Assembly (NCBI GenBank): GCA_019689615.1
Contig: JADGHD010000001.1
Span: 1 to 44,760 of the forward strand
Direction: 5' to 3'
Source: Frankia sp.
Lineage (GTDB): Bacteria; Actinomycetota; Actinomycetes; Frankiales; Frankiaceae
Length of the DNA: 44,760 bases
Below, piece after piece: positions 43,305 through 44,760 of the stretch. Position numbers and translations under genes: made by a program. Numbering within the stretch: position 1 is the first letter of the stretch; each line of letters begins with the position of its first letter. The notes below the pieces were generated by a model. It saw only the letters and a program-made list of their open reading frames with translations. It did no database searches and had not been told where the DNA came from.

Positions 43305-44555
43305 TCAGTCCGCCGGCAGGCTCAGCCCGAGCAGCTTCGCCGCGTTGTCGCGGGCGATCTTGTTGATCTGGTCCTGGGGCAGGTGGCCGAACTGGCGGGC
43401 CGCGGCCTCGCGGGACGCCGGCCAGGTGCCGTCCTGGTGCGGGTAGTCGGTCTCGAAGACGATGTTGTCCACGCCGACCCGGTCGAGCAGGCTGACGCCG
43501 ACCGCGTCCTTGAAGAAGCAGCTGTAGACCTGGCGACGGTAGTAGGTCGACGGCGGCTCGGGGCAGTTGTCCTGGCCGTGTGCCCAGCCGCGGTGGGTCA
43601 GCCACACGTCGTCGGCCCGGTCGAGCACGTACGGGATCCAGCCGATCTGCGCCTCGGCGTACAGGAGCTTGAGGTCGGGGAAGCGGTGCAGCACGCCGGA
43701 GAACATGAAGTCGACGAGGCTCGCCGCGCTGTTGCCGAAGATGATGGTGGCGTTGACCGCCTCGGGCGCGTCCGCGGAGGTCTGCGGGGTCTTCGTGCCC
43801 GAGCCGATGTGCATCGCGATCACGGTCCCGGTCTCCGCGCACGCGGCAAAGAACGGGTCCCAGTAGCCGGAGTGCAGGCTCGGCAGGTCCAGGTAGGCGG
43901 GAAGCTCGCTGAACGCGACCGCGCGCACGCCCCGGGCCGCGTTGCGGCGCACCTCGGCGGCCGCGAGGTTGACGTCCCACAGCGGCACCAGGCACAGCGG
44001 CAGCAGCCGGCCGCCCGACGTGCCGCACCACTGTTCGACCATCCAGTCGTTGTAGGCCTCGACGCAGAGCTTCGCCAGCTCCTTGTCCCTGCCCCAGAGG
44101 AAGATCTGCCCGCAGAACCGCGGGTAGTTCGGGAAGCAGAGCTGGGCCTGGACCCCGTTGATGTCCATGTCGGCGATGCGGTCGGCCACCTTCCAGCAGC
44201 CGGGGCGCATGTCGTCGAAGGTGATGCCGGCCATCGAGACCTCGTCGGCCGGGACGCCGGCGGCGGCGATGTAGCGCTTGAGGCTGGTCCACCGGCCCTC
44301 GTACACCCACCAGGCGACGTCGGGGCCCTCGGTGCCAGGCTGCTCGATGTAGGTGGCGCCGGCGAGCTTCACCTCGCCCGCGGGCGCGTGCACGATGCGC
44401 GGCCCTTCCTCGCGGTAACGGGCTGGAAGGCGCGAGGTCCACACATCCGGCGGCTCGACCACGTGCGCGTCGACGTCGATCAGCTTCGGGATCCTCGCCA
44501 GGACCGACTCGTCGACGGGCGCCTCGACGGGGTCGAGAGTCATCTGGTCTGCCAT
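43305..44555 (-). CDS. Amidohydrolase_2-family hydrolase/decarboxylase
   Basis: IDVDAHVVEPPD, AYNDW, AMHIGS, AEAQIGW, ETDYPHQD. Start MADQMT follows GTAGGT. Confidence 0.9.
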   Translation of the reverse strand: MADQMTLDPVEAPVDESVLARIPKLIDVDAHVVEPPDVWTSRLPARYREEGPRIVHAPAGEVKLAGATYIEQPGTEGPDVAWWVYEGRWTSLKRYIAAAGVPADEVSMAGITFDDMRPGCWKVADRIADMDINGVQAQLCFPNYPRFCGQIFLWGRDKELAKLCVEAYNDWMVEQWCGTSGGRLLPLCLVPLWDVNLAAAEVRRNAARGVRAVAFSELPAYLDLPSLHSGYWDPFFAACAETGTVIAMHIGSGTKTPQTSADAPEAVNATIIFGNSAASLVDFMFSGVLHRFPDLKLLYAEAQIGWIPYVLDRADDVWLTHRGWAHGQDNCPEPPSTYYRRQVYSCFFKDAVGVSLLDRVGVDNIVFETDYPHQDGTWPASREAAARQFGHLPQDQINKIARDNAAKLLGLSLPAD

Positions 44556-44700
44556 GGCTGCACCTACCACCGATCTGTCTGCCGCGTCCCAGTACCGCTG
44601 GCTTGTCGCCGTGGGTCTTCCGAGACTGTGTGTCGCGGGATCCGCCCGGGCTGGGCGGCCGGCCGGGAAACCCCCGGCCAGCAGTTCCGGCCTTCGGGCA

Positions 44701-44732
44701 AGTGCTAGCATAATGTATACGATCTGAGATCG
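44701..44732. promoter_or_regulatory. AT-rich probable promoter region with small palindromes (TGCTAGCA; CGATCT-G-AGATCG)
   Basis: AT-rich patch ~150 bp upstream of the 44555 operon head, containing TANNNT-like hexamers on the minus strand. Confidence 0.4.
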
Positions 44733-44760
44733 CCACCGCTCGCGACCGACCACCGCCGCG

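Noticed and set aside
1724-44555. Cholesterol/bile-acid (KstR/KstR2) degradation cluster
   Set aside because: No kstD, kshAB, hsaABCD, ipdAB, ltp2 or mce4 genes, and the operator differs from the KstR TnnAACnnGTTnnA motif.

Overview
Very GC-rich actinobacterial DNA. Gene content and style suggest Frankia/Pseudofrankia, which is an inference. After a conserved pair at the left edge (a truncated CxxCPxC protein and a ROK glucokinase), positions ~1.7-44.6 kb form one dense CoA-dependent catabolic region of unknown substrate. It encodes 8 acyl-CoA dehydrogenases (three alpha/beta heteromeric-type pairs, one unpaired alpha-type, and one ACAD10/11-type coupled to an APH-family kinase), 6 crotonases (4 with non-canonical active sites), 3 amidohydrolases, 3 aldehyde dehydrogenases, 2 class III CoA-transferases and 2 NTF2/SnoaL proteins. 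It also carries an acyl-CoA ligase, a double hot-dog hydratase, an SDR, an MDR, a CMD + beta-hydroxyacid dehydrogenase pair, a DUF2889-like protein, an esterase, 2 TetR regulators and 2 orphan lipoprotein solute-binding proteins. No thiolase, oxygenase, permease, mobile element, RNA gene or CRISPR array is visible. A recurrent 15-bp palindrome (G/C)AGAA-N5-TTCT(C/G), partly in 21-bp-phased arrays, sits in four divergent promoter regions and directly upstream of one tetR, and appears to tie the region into a regulon. Start codons were re-picked by hand where the ORF track was over-extended.
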